Source of the DNA: Octopus vulgaris
Taxonomy: Eukaryota
DNA: 64,000 bases
Reading direction: 5' to 3'
NCBI GenBank assembly: GCA_951406725.2
Contig: OX597822.1
Location: forward strand, 70,680,001-70,744,000
This document shows positions 1 to 12,662 of this stretch, piece after piece. The notes under the pieces are model-generated. The model was not told the origin of the DNA and ran no database searches. It was given only the letters and a program-made list of their open reading frames with translations. Each line of letters opens with the position of its first letter. Within the stretch, counting starts at the first letter, position 1. A program made the translations under genes and the position numbers.

Positions 1-288
1 GGTACTTATTTGTGTGTGTGTGTGTGTGTGTGTACAAGTATGTAAATGTGTGTATGACAAGCTTCCACATAATCCCCATCTGAGATTAACAGTTACAGGG
101 CTTTTGTTAAGGGTACCGTGATCTAGAATTGTACTCAGAATGTTAGTTCCTCAATAACCATTTCTAGAGCACCAACAATTGGCTCTATCTCTGCCAATTT
201 GTTGATATCATTATATATGCCATTGCAGACATCCTGGAAGTTTCTTCTATGGATGATGAAGTCATTTCTATTCTTAAAGTATATATTC

Positions 289-660
289 TGTATTCTTTTG
301 CTTGTTTCAGTCATTTGAGCAAATTGACCCCAGGACTTATTCTTTGTAAGCCTAGCACTTATTCTATTGGTCTCTTTTGCCGAACTGCTAAGTTATGGGT
401 ACGTGAACACACCAGCATTGGTTGTCAAGCAATGTTGCAGGGACAAACACAGATACACAAACAAACAAACACACGCGGACACACACATACACGTACAGCA
501 GGCTTCTTTCAGTTTTCTTCTACCACATCCATTCACAAGGCTTTGGTTGGCCTGAGGCGATAGTAGAAGACACTTACCGAAGGTGCCACGCAGTGGAACA
601 GAACCTAGAACCATGTGGTCAATAAGCAAGCTACTTACCACACAACCACTCCTGAACCTA
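289..660 (-). mobile_element. tRNA-headed SINE family A (octopus OR-type, CORE-like)
   Basis: Reverse complement of the family consensus ggcgcaggagtggctgtgtggtaag...gggttcagtcccactgcgtggcaccttgggcaagtgtctt...tgactgaaacaagtaaaaga, seen more than 10 times in the window. Confidence 0.85.
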
Positions 661-1596
661 TGGATCACTTTTATTATTTTCAGGCCGGCCCCATGGAGCC
701 AATGACCAAAACCTTTGGCATTATGTTGTGCTTGAAAAGAAGACCCATCAAGCTGAGCAAAATCACAGTTTAAATTAGGGGTAGAACTCATTTTTGCTAG
801 CCGAGTGGACTGGAGAAATATGAAATAAAGTGTCTTGCTCAAGGACACGATGTTCCATCAGGAATTGAACTCACACTATTACAATATCAGCCAACTACCC
901 TAATCACTAACTCATGTGCCTTCACACCACATCACAAAATAATTGTCTAATTACATTATTTCACTTAAGTTGAGAACTAATCCCCTCTATCTTTCTGCCA
1001 TTCTTTAACACTTTCTGGAACATTTATATTAATTTTATTTATTTATTTATTTATTTTCACCAATCTTTTATAATGTATCAATATTTAAGATGTCACTTGG
1101 TAAATATAGCTGTGATCTTTTCTCAGTTTTCGACTGCTTTTGTACAAATTATTTCACCTGAAGTAGGAAAATAGCTAACAAAAATAAATAAATACAAAGA
1201 AACAGTTTGTGAAAAATTTTTTTCCTTCTATTACTGGTGCTGTCAGGTTGGTAAGAAATCATTATGTCCTCAAACTTGTTTTGATAAACTACTCGCCATG
1301 TTGAAATTTATGCAAAAGATCTGCAAATAACGATTCTTATTCACTGAAAAATCACATTTTCCAAATATTGCTAAAGTTATAAGAAATTGTGATAAATACC
1401 TATATTTCTTCTACATTTACTCTCGATATCATATTCTGCAGTGCTAAATACAATAGTAACCACACTACTTTACTGGAAGCAGATAGGACAGTGATACTCA
1501 GCAGGCATGATCCCTGAGGTTACAGGGTCAGAAAGAAATACAATTCCAGGAGAAAATGGCATAATAACATCATTTAGAAGGGCACCTTTCTAAATA

Positions 1597-1856
1597 ATCG
1601 GTCTCTTTTTCTGAACTGCTAAGCTATGGGTATGTGAACACACCAGCGTTGGTTGTTGAGCAGTGTTGCAGGGACAAACACAGACACATGTACAACAGGC
1701 TTCTTTCAGTTTTCTTCTACTACATCCACTCACAAGGCTTTGGTTGGCCTGAGGCTGTAGTTTAAGACACTTACCCAAGGTACCACGCAGTGGGAATGAA
1801 CCCAGAACCATGTGATTGGTAAGCAAGCTACTTACCACACAACCACTCCTGCACCT
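1597..1856 (-). mobile_element. SINE family A, partial; part of a local duplication
   Basis: Shares private mutations and flanking sequence with the 289-660 copy. Confidence 0.8.
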
Positions 1857-2219
1857 ATGGTCATTTTTATTATTTTTAGGCCAGCCTCATGGAGGCAATG
1901 ACCAAGACCTTTGGCATTATGTTGTGCTTGAATAGAAGACCCATCAAGCTGAGCAAAATCACAGTTGTGGCAGATACCGGAGTCCTTCGAGCCCTTCTCC
2001 CCACTGGGTCCACCCCTACTCAGATTGGAGCTCTGGACTCAACTTAGAGCTTAGACTCAACAGTGATGTTTGTGCATATGGCTATACACATACTGTTCCT
2101 AAAATTAGATGTTTGCTGTACATTTTAAGTATGCCTCACTTTAAAGATTTTCTGTATTGCTAGAATTGGTTTCAAGTTGTACAATTAGCCAAAAGAGATT
2201 AAAGGAGATTAGCTTTCCA

Positions 2220-2432
2220 TCTATATCTAGAAATATTTTTCCTTCTCTTCCATAGCCTTAAAAGCAATTTTGCATTCATTTTGTTTTATTGCCAATGTTA
2301 AACTTTTTTCTATTTTTCTTCTTTTTTTTTCCTGCAAACACTGGCTTTTAGACTTACGTCTAATTTAATTTCAGCCAGTGGTGTTCCCATATCGTTGGTC
2401 AGTCACTCTCCATGAGTGGCTGACTAAACTAG
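2220..2432 (+). mobile_element. Probable short non-autonomous Helitron
   Basis: Starts A|TCTATATCTA; ends with hairpin ttggtcagtcactc-tccat-gagtggctgactaa followed by aCTAG|T. Confidence 0.5.
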
Positions 2433-5400
2433 TGTAATACGGTCATGTTATTAATTTTATTAGATGATATTAAAATATCTTCTGACTTGTACGTAAATAC
2501 TACCTAACTGAAAAATAAAAGTAAAATCATTAAAAAAAAAAAGGTAAAATATAAAAAAAAGATATCTGGTAATTCATGGGTGGGGTTTATAGAAGGCATG
2601 ATAATGGGTCAGTAATATTTTGTTAGTTCCTCAATAACCATTTCGTCATTATTCTGGTTGGCTGAATATTTATATATAGTTGGGATCTAGTCACAAAAGA
2701 AATGCTGAACATCTATTGATATTGCCTAGAGTGAGGAGAAATAAACTTATCTTAAATTCAAAAGCAACAAATTTTGTATATTTATTCATGATTCTTCACA
2801 TAACAAAAGAAATAAGCTTATAAAAGCTGCATTTATTAAAATTACGGTAACAATTCTACAGAGATATCTGGCTTTACTTTAATTTCAATGCAGTTTCAAT
2901 ACTTTTCCAAGAGTATTTTAGTTTATATTGTAGACTGAATGGTGTTATTGCTAGTTTTCAGACTCTCTTGCAAACAAATTTATTTGTACAAACTCTTCAT
3001 TGTCGCTTTATGTGAATGTGTGTGCGTGTGTGTGTGTGTGTTTTGTGTACATATGAGCATACTATCATTTAAATTCTTATGTTGTCTGTAAGTATGAGAA
3101 AAATTTATTTACATTAACAACCAAAATTAGAATTTCTTCCGCTGTCTAAACTTATTGCACCTATATTTAGGTCCAATGTTTGGCAGTCTGCTTGCTCTAA
3201 ATGCATCTTTAAAGGGAGTTTTAATTTAAGATATTTTGGCAAGGAATTATTTTCCAACAATAGTTGTTGATATGCTATATTTTAAGCAAACTAATGGCAA
3301 ACAGTTATCTAAGTACCATAAAATGCATTGACCTAGTAGTGATGCAGGGCTAAGGTAACAAGGAATATAAGAGTCATTAATTTAAACTATTAGTTATATT
3401 CAGTTAATTACTGGTCACATATTTTTACTTTGTTGTTGTTGTTGTTGTTGGGGATCAGATTTTTGCTGTTGCAATTTTTTTAGAGCTGTAAGTTGTTTCA
3501 AGAACTCACGTTGCTATTAGCCACAATTAGATTTCTACATTTTACAAAAGGACTCTTACATTTTACATGAAGCTTGTTTTGCAACCATGTGGTTTTGGGT
3601 TCTGTCTCACTGCACGTCACCTTAAGCAAGTTTTTCTACTTTAGCTCCAGGCTGGTCAATGCATTGTGAGTGAATTTCGTTGATGTAAACTGTACATATA
3701 CATTGAGCTTCCTTACAGATTGCATCTACCAAAAAGCTTCCACACAGTTTCCATACAGTATGTGTGTGTCTTTGTGTTTGTTCATCCCTGCCCAACTTGG
3801 TTTAAGTTCTCATAACTTAGCAGTCTGGCAAAAGAGATCAATAGAATAAGCACTGGCGGGGAGGATTTGTATAACTAAACTCTTCAGGGCACTGCTCCAG
3901 CATGGCCATGGTCTAATGACGGAAACAAGTAAAAGTTAAGTATGGTATTCCTTGACAGTGAAATAGAAAAAAATGAATTAGTGCAACCTACTTGCAGTAA
4001 TGTCAAGAATTAGCTTATTGAAGTTATATGATTGTGTCTGGGAATTTGGTGCTTCTAAGAAATGTTTAAAACACTGAAGTAGAAGAGGATGACAACTGAG
4101 TAATGTAGTGAGCTGATGGTAGATGATGTTGTTAGTGAGGAATGGGGAAAATGGTATAAAATTGTTTGTAATTGATAATAATAGTAATAAAGGTGTGTTA
4201 GTATAGTCAGAGGTTGTAAGTTAAGAAGCACTTTGAATGAATTAGTTTGTGCTGATCTAAAAAAGAACAAATACCGAATAGTAAAGTTTGAAACAGCTTG
4301 CGGAGTATGGACGTTTTTACATCCATCCAACCCTTATCAAGATCGGGAAACAAATATTGAGTTATTCATTGTGATAGTAAGAATGGTAACCGTATCAAAT
4401 TCCTTTTCTTCGTTCTTATTATTTTTGTCAGTTGCTTCCAGAAAAGTCTTCAAATGAAATTACATACTCATTATCGTAATTTATGGAAAGGAGGTAGTTT
4501 TTTTTTGTTTTTTTTTTTGTAGTTTTGGTCTTTTCGTAATGTCTTTATTGTCTTAAGCATGCATTTCTCTCTAGTTAGATCGTTTTATCTATATGATCAG
4601 CTTATCCAATATTGACATAAAAGCTGCACAAGTAATTGCCAGAAACTGTTATGCAACAAGATGTCAAAAGTTTATTCCGGTAAATTTACTACTTCTGTCA
4701 CTGCCTTGTGTCTTTCTCCGACTGTAATTTCATTGCATTCCAATATTTGCTCATTTGTTTGGTAAATTGATATAAAAGGTAGACACAGTAATATCTTTCC
4801 TTCCTTCCTTCCTTCATTTATTTATTTATTTACTTATTGTTCGGGTCGTTGATAAATGCTTAAGAATTCATGCAACTGTTTATGGGTCGGTATTAGAGTA
4901 ATGCACTTGTGGTTTTCTAAATTGGAATCATTTGTCAACTCAAAGAATATAGAGATGAAACAGACTATTGGGACATTTTCTGAGAAGTATCTTATCAACG
5001 ATCAAAGAGAGAAATTGTGAAAACTATATTTCTCAGTCTGGTTCTTATTCTACATATTTATAAATCCCCAATTAAATTATGCCTGTCAATGTTCTTCAAG
5101 TTATTATTTTGGTTGTCTTATTTCTGAGACGGTGCTAATGATGACAATGATAATGGCAAATATGATTTGTCACTCCAATAAACTTATTAAATTTTAACAA
5201 CATCTAACCATTTCTTGTCCTTGCCACTCTTTGCCACCATATTTAACTCTTCCTCTCCACATCTCTCTCTTCTCCTCTCATCTTTCTCCTTTCACCCACA
5301 TCTTGCTTTTAGTGTTCAATCGAAAAGTATAGACGTCTTCCTGTGTTTTTTTTTTGTTTATTCCATCAGCATTTCCAAGTTTTCTTTCTTATTTCCTTTC

Positions 5401-6724
5401 ATGCCCCCATCCTCCACTTAATTCCTTTCTGAGATGAACAAAAAAAAAAAAAGAAAGTGTAAAGAGCATTTACTGTATCTGGGGAAGAAAACTGCTTAAC
5501 GTCTGCAGAATGTACATAGTATGATTATATTTAGGGTGTAGTTTATTGAAAGTGGTGTGTTAAGTAGGTTTATCATCTCTGACATAATGTAGTGCTTAAC
5601 GTCTGTAGCTTAATATTGTAGTATCTTGATTATAGTATCTGTGACTTGATGTGGTGTTCAGATGTTAGTATCTGTTGATGTTGTTTCACCCCAGGTCAGT
5701 GTTCATGGAGTAGGCCTATGATGATGGAAAAGCATTCCAGCTGTGACCGCCCCATCTGTTTCGGAATATTCAGAGACTTTATTTGTATGATATGCTCCTA
5801 TATTTAAAATAGTACAGTGTAATTTGAGGGAAATTAAGCTGATTTTTCTTGCAGTGATACTGTAGAGGCTTCTCCATTGGCTCATCTTTGTACATTTTAA
5901 ATTATTTTGTGTTTGGGTATTAAATATCATCATCATCATCATCATCATATCAACATGAACATTATCATTTAATGTCCATGTTCCATGCTGGCATATCTCA
6001 ATACGGTGGCATTTAGATTATCTGAAAATAACTGTCAGTGGATTATCTTAAAATGGCTGTCAATAGATAATCTGAAAATTATTGTCAAGCAGAATATAAA
6101 ATCAGTTAGCTTGTGCTTTATTTATAGTTTTAATTCATTTCACTTTGGATTGTTGATGTGCTGCGGAATTTCTTGCTACTGTGAATTACAAATATTTAGT
6201 ATATCATTGGAGTGTCATTAGCTCTTAATGAGAATTCTTCAAATTTTTATAAAGACAAAAATTTAAGAAAAACAAATAGCAAAAACAAAAACAAAAACTA
6301 TACCTTTCAGATTTGAGTTTGTTTTGTGAGAGTGATTTTAGTTTTCTTCGATTTTGCGTTTTATAAATGTGTTAATGTTAATTCTGGTATGTACTCTGCC
6401 ATATTTTTGTTCAAGAAGTAAAGAAGAAATATTTCACTTTAATTTCAAAGAGTGAAAATGTTCCACGAATAGAAATATACTGAGGAGCTCTGTAATATAA
6501 CATAGAAATGAAAAAATAGGCTGACGAAATGATTGCATCATTACATTTAATGAAATAGCTCCTTAGTGACACAAACCATATTTCTTTTTTTTTTTTTCAA
6601 CTTGCTGTTTGTCTGTGGATGGCGTGCTGTTTGGTAAAAGGAATTTTAAATAGATTACTTGGAATTCATGTGAATGGGGTCTAAATTAGTAACTTTTCTT
6701 GTTAAATTATGCACCAAATATTGG

Positions 6725-6935
6725 TTTATAAATTTGGTACAAGGCCAGCAATTTCAGGCAAGTGGGTAAGTCGATTACATCAACCCTGGCGCTTAACTTG
6801 GTACTTATTTTATCAACCCTGAATGTATAAAAGGCAGAGTTGGCCTCAGTGGAATTTGAACTCAGAATGTTAAATATGAAATGCTACTAAGTGTTTTGCC
6901 TGGCTTGCTAATGGCACTGCCAGCTTGTTGCCTTA
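6725..6935 (-). mobile_element. tRNA-headed SINE family B (Nin/Deu-like central domain)
   Basis: Reverse complement of gagttcaaattcc...gcctttcatcctttcggggtcgataaa.taagtaccag. Confidence 0.75.
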
Positions 6936-6993
6936 TGCAACAAATATTAAAAGGGTTTCTATTCTAGTATGAAAATTTGGTCATGTGCATTGT

Positions 6994-7392
6994 AGGCAGA
7001 GGAGTGGCTGTGTGGTAAGTAGCTTGATTACCAACAACATGGTTCTGGGTTCAGTCCCACTGTGTGGCACCTTGGGCAAATGTCTTGTACTATAGCCTCA
7101 GGCCAACCAAAGCCTTGTGAGTGGATTTGGTAGACAGAAACTGAAAGAAACCCATCGTATATGTATGTATATATGTGTGTGTGTATGTTTGTGTGTCTGT
7201 GTTTGCCCACCCCCTCCACATTGCTTGACAACCGATGCTGGTGTGTTTATGTTCCTGTAACTTAGCAGTTCAGCAAAAGAGACCAATAGAATACGTATTA
7301 GGCTTACAAAGAATAAGTCCTGGAGTCGATTTGTTCAAGTAAAGGTGGTGCTCTGGCATGGCCACAGTCAAATAAATGAAACAAATAAAAGA
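6994..7392 (+). mobile_element. SINE family A, full length
   Basis: Head ggcagaggagtggctgtgtggtaag, internal (TA/TG)n tract, tail gaaacaaataaaaga. Confidence 0.9.
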
Positions 7393-7599
7393 ATAGGAGA
7401 AAGGAAAGAATAAATATAAGGCATTTTCAGGTTTTCCTTTGACAGTTTTTGTTGAATTATTTCAAGTTTTATCAGAATCTTTATTCTAAGTTTCAGTATT
7501 CAATTAAGTGTCGAATCATCTATTTACATTTTATACGAAACATGGAGTTTGATTTTTAATCTTTTAATAATTTCTTGAAAGCTACATTAGATGATTTAT

Positions 7600-7821
7600 C
7601 ATTCTAGTAATTAAACTGGCCATATCCAGGCTAAATATTCTACTTGTTATTCTATATTCAAACTAGCCACATCTGGCCTCTCACACCTATCGTACAACGT
7701 TGTTCTAAAAATAATCACATCATTGAAATCTTGAAGCTATGAGATAATGCAGGGTTAATTCAAAGTAATATGAATGAATGAGCATAACATTTGACAGAGT
7801 GATCTGAATGCGAAAGGGTTA
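7600..7821. mobile_element. Short interspersed repeat with TTAA-CCC/GGG-TTAA type ends (piggyBac-like MITE); relatives near 38765-39225 and 44702-44875
   Basis: Ends gatctgaatgcgaaagggtta; shared internal motif cattgaaatcttgaagctatgagataatgca; the 44702 copy begins ttaacccttt. Confidence 0.5.
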
Positions 7822-8854
7822 TTTATGCCGTCCCTGAGTTCAGTGGTCCATCATTCAGAAATCAGATCTTGATTTACATCCTTTGAGAGTTGATAAAATA
7901 GTGCTAGTAAGACTTTGAGGTCCCTCTAATTTGTTTACATTTCATTCTCTTTTGCTAGGTTAATCAACAGAAATCATTTCTATTACTTTGATAAAACATT
8001 GCAGATAGCATGATGATTGTGTTGTTCATGAGATTTGTATGAAATTATTCTACAGATCCACTTGGAAAAAATTTCTGTGTTCAACTTCCTGTTTCATTTT
8101 CCCTATAAAATGTGACACTTTATTCCTAGTCCACTTTGCCTTATACTCAGACATCTATAAATATCAGTCGCTCAGACATGTTTTGCTTAAAGCCACACTG
8201 TTAACCATCTTGTACAAAGTCCTTACTTGAGACTAACAGGACAATGTACAGTAGAAATTATGGACTTTAACCTCACTGAAATTATTATTAATAGAACAGG
8301 GTTAATAGTTCACTTCCTACTTGTGGATGATGCTATGTGCAATATAAATGAATTGTTCCTTAACAATTATAGGAATTGAAGATACTATATAAAAAAGACC
8401 AACAAACTGTGTTGAGCAATCTTGTGGTGTAGTGGAACTACGTAACAGAATAAAAATTTTCTTTTACCAACTTTGCTCCAAAGACTGCAACACACTTGAA
8501 AGGATTAAAACTGTTTCACAATTTCTTCAGGATATGTATTAGAACTTTCCTCTTAACTTTGGTAATTTCTTGTCTGTTTTTATATATATATATATATATA
8601 CATATATATTATTTTTTCTTACCCTTTTTGCTATCAATTTTTCCTTCTTTTTCTTATATTTGATTCTGTTTTCCTTTTAATATGAATAACATCACAAATA
8701 TGTAATTTAAGAACTAGCTAGTCTACTCACACACAAGTTCTGAGTTCAAAACCTGTTATAAGCATTACATTGTGTTAATTAAGCAAAATATTTTACCTGT
8801 TTCAGTCTACAGGTGAAATTTTGATGCAAAGCACTTGTACTAACTACCCCTTCC

Positions 8855-8937
<83 letters not shown>

Positions 8938-9837
8938 CTAAATTTTAAGAACCATCAAACCCTGTTGATCAAAGATATACAAATGTAAAAATAATATTAA
9001 AGCAAATTTTTTCCCCCCCTATTTTTGTTTAATTGTACATTTTTATCTTCTTGTATTTCCCTGGTTCTTGAAATTTCTCTTTACTTTCTACATATGTAGA
9101 CATGACATATCATGTTTTTAGATAAGGAAAAAAAAAATAGAGGAGTGGGGTGGGGGCAGAGGTTGTAATATTTCTATTTCTTTCAAAGTTATTGGCAACA
9201 TAAGTGAAAACAATTTGCAACTGGCAATTGAAATCCTATTTATTAGTGTTGCATCAAATTCTGTTGTAAGATTTGCTTGTTTTACCTCTGCACAGAATTT
9301 TGGATTTAACCAAGTCTGGGTGTTCCAAGTACAAGAATATATCTCCTGGCAGGCTATATCCATAATCTAATTTCCATCCCTGTTTGTAACAAATCCGTAT
9401 CAGTGTTTTCTTTCTTTTCTTCTTTTTTCTTTAAGGCCATTCATTTCATAGCTTCTTGTTGTTCTTCTCTCAGTCAATCTGAAGGATTTTCTTTGGCTTT
9501 TCCTCTTAAAATATAGATGTTTACAATACTATTTAACATGTTGATGCGGAAAATTTCTTCTCAGACAGAATGATTGAAAACATATTATTAGACCATGAAT
9601 GACATCATTGGACCAAAGGACATGCATTTCTGTGTTTGTAGACTTCATCAGCTATGATCAGTGGATGAGTCATTCTCAGCTCTCTAAGAATGATTATTTT
9701 TATATATATGAAAACAGCAATTAGTATATTTGTTGATGTGCACAAAGCTTGGCCAGACTGGAACGTATTAACCAGAAGTACAGCTTTGAACACACCAGCA
9801 AATGTACTATTTGCTGATGTGTATATTCTTTTATTCC

Positions 9838-10498
9838 TTTATTTGTTTCTATTCCTTTATTTGTTTCAGTCATTTGACTCTGGCCATGCTGGAGCACTGC
9901 TCTTAGTTAAACAAATCGCATCCAGGACTTGTTCTTTGTAAGCCTTGTACTCATTCTATCAGTCTCTTTTGCTGAACCACTAAGTTATGGGTATGTAAAA
10001 TACACCAATATCAGTTGTCAAGTGATGGTGGGGGACAAACACAGACATACACACAAAAATATACACACACACACATATATAATAATATTAGGGAGTATAA
10101 CTCCAAACTTACAGGGAAAAACGTATGTAGTTTTTTTACTTATTATATATTGACTATTCATTTTTATACATTTTGTGATCTAGTTATATGTTTTATAAAA
10201 ATATATTTTATTTGTTATTTATGTTTTGGTTTATGTCTGCCATTGTTTGAATTGCATAATAGTGGTTTTATTTCTAACTTATATCTTATATATATCATAT
10301 ATATTATATATATATCATCATCATTTAGCGTCCGTTACAATGGGCTTCTTTCAGTTTCTGTCTACCAAAATCCACTCACAAGGTTTTGCTTGGCTCAAGG
10401 CTTATAGTAGAAGACACTTGTCCAAGGTGTCACACAGAGGGACTGAACCTTTAACCATGTGATTGAGAAGCATACTTCTTACCACATGGCCACACCTA
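9838..10498 (-). mobile_element. SINE family A with a nested insertion (about 10080-10335) in its central microsatellite
   Basis: Both SINE halves match the consensus and are separated by foreign AT-rich sequence. Confidence 0.8.
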
Positions 10499-11866
10499 CG
10501 TCTATGTACATGTGTGTCTTAAACATGATTGTGTCTATCTATATCTCATTCAGCACGTCTTCATGCACCTAGTTAATTTTCTTATAATATTGTTTCTTAG
10601 AATTTGGTACTTTTGCTATGTTTGTTGTTGCCTTGTAGCCCCCAGGTCAATGATGATCAGATAGGCCTCTGATCAAAAGCATAGCAGTTATTTCTTTTTA
10701 GAGATTCAGTAATGAACATTTGGTTGCTTAACCAATTAAGCATCCAACTCATTAAATTAATATGCAAGTGGTTGGGTATTCCAGAGACACGTGTACCATA
10801 AACCTAATTCCGAAGCTAAATCAGCAAGTCACAATATGCAAAGGGAGCAGACTTTTGAATAAAGGGCTTAGTCAGTTGGATGAGCTTTCACATACAAAGC
10901 TTGGTTTGAAGGGACACTGAGCCTATGATAACAACACTTGCTCAAGAATTCATTTAGTGAGATCAAACCCCAGAACCTCATGACTGCAAAATGAGGTTCT
11001 TATCATTTTGACAATTACTGCATCTTAGACTTCTTAGTTTAATGTATCTTTCTCAGTTTTTTAAGATTCTAGAATTGGATTTGAATGAGATTTGGATTGT
11101 GGATTTCATATCTAGTAAGCTGGGTGTTTACATTGAAGCACCTTCCATTGGCTTGTATTTGTTGCTACTGTTGATGACCAGCTCTAATAAGGTCTCTATA
11201 AATTCACCTAATGCTTTTTGGACAGGAGACTGTTTTTTATTATTATTATTATTTTACTTATATATATTTCAAATGCTGTTCCTCATTATTATGGATTTGT
11301 GTTGAAATTTGCTCTCACTTCTGCAATAGTTATGTTCTATTTCCATGGTAACTTACACCCATTATCAGCATCCTCTGAATAGAATTTCATCCTGTTGCAA
11401 TATTATAATTCTGGAAAGTACTGAATACACTGTATACTTACAGGTCTTAGTCAGCTAAATTCAAAAAGGAATTAGAAAATAGAAACAGGACTACAGTTTA
11501 AGGTATAGATGACTTTTGTGTGTGTTATACCGTAATTGATGATGCAGATAAAAGATGCGGAATGTATTTTATTATAAGATAAATAATCTTGCTGTGTGGT
11601 TAAGAAGCTCATTTTACAACCACATGGATTTTGTGTACTTCTACTATATGGCACCTTGGGCAAGTGTCTTCATATATAACCATGGGCTGATCAATGCCTT
11701 GTGAGTGGATTTGGTAGATGGAAACTGTGTATAAGCTTATTGTATGTGTGTGTGTGTTTATTATTCTCCCACTCACCACGTGTTAACTGGTGTTGGTTTG
11801 TGACTTAGCAATCTGGTAAATGAGACTGATGGAAGGAGCACCAGACTTAAAAACAAAAAGAACAAT

Positions 11867-12245
11867 GGCACAGGAGTGGCTGTGTGGTAAGTAGCTTGCT
11901 TACCAACTACATAGTTCCAGGTTCAGTTCCACTGCGTGGCACCTTGGGCAAGTGTCTTCTACTATAGCCTTGGGCCGACCAAAACCTTGTGAGTGGATTT
12001 GGTAGACGGAAACTGAAAGAAGCCTGTCGTATATGTGTGTATGTTTGTGTGTCTGTGTTTGTGCCCCCAACATCGCTTGACAGCCGATGCTGGTGTGTTT
12101 ACATCCCTGTAACTTAGCGGTTCGGCAAAAGAGACCGATAGAATAAGTACTAGGCTTACAAAGGAGTCAATTTGCTCGACTAAAGGTGGTGCTCCAGCAT
12201 GGCTGCAGTCAAATGACTGAAACAAGTAAAAAAGAGTAAAAGAGA
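11867..12245 (+). mobile_element. SINE family A, near-consensus copy (a degenerate copy precedes it at about 11590-11860)
   Basis: ggcacaggagtggctgtgtggtaag...aaatgactgaaacaagtaaaaaagag. Confidence 0.9.
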
Positions 12246-12436
12246 GAGTAACGTAAGTATTGTGGTTGATGTGTTCAACTTCAAAATGCTTTAAGATAAA
12301 AAGATAAAAGATAACAAAACACACACACACACACACCTTACTTGAAAAACAGGTAAGGGTTAGCAACAGGAAGGACACCCAACTGTAAAACAATATCTCA
12401 ATAATAATAATAATAATGTAAAAGATTTGAGCAAGG

Positions 12437-12662
12437 TCATTGCCAGTGCCGCCTGACTGGCCCTGTGCCATGGGCATGTAAAAGCACCCACTACACTCTC
12501 GGAGTGGTTGGCGTGAGGAAGGGCATCCAGCTGTAGAAACTCTGCCAGATCAAGATTGAAGCCTGGTGCAGCCATCTGGTTCGCCAGCCCTCAGTCATAC
12601 GTCCAACCCATGCTAGCATGGAAAGCGGATGTTAAACGATGATGATGATAATGATGATGATG
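12437..12662 (+). mobile_element. Retroposon family C with (GAT)n tail; other copies at about 17290, 22735(-), 27160, 28690, 38910, 42985(-), 54855, 55700(-), 61955
   Basis: Recurrent gagtggttggcgttaggaagggcatccagctgtagaaac...ccaacccatgctagcatggaaagcggacgttaaacgatgatgat. Confidence 0.8.

Noticed and set aside
249-848. Recurrent ORFs such as 'STPGLILCKPSTYSIGLFC' and 'VSFAEPLSYGDVNTP'
   Set aside because: Chance translations of SINE family A copies, not a protein family.
9610-9660. CTGATGA...GAAA on the minus strand
   Set aside because: Stems I and II do not pair convincingly and the cleavage triplet is wrong; not called a hammerhead.
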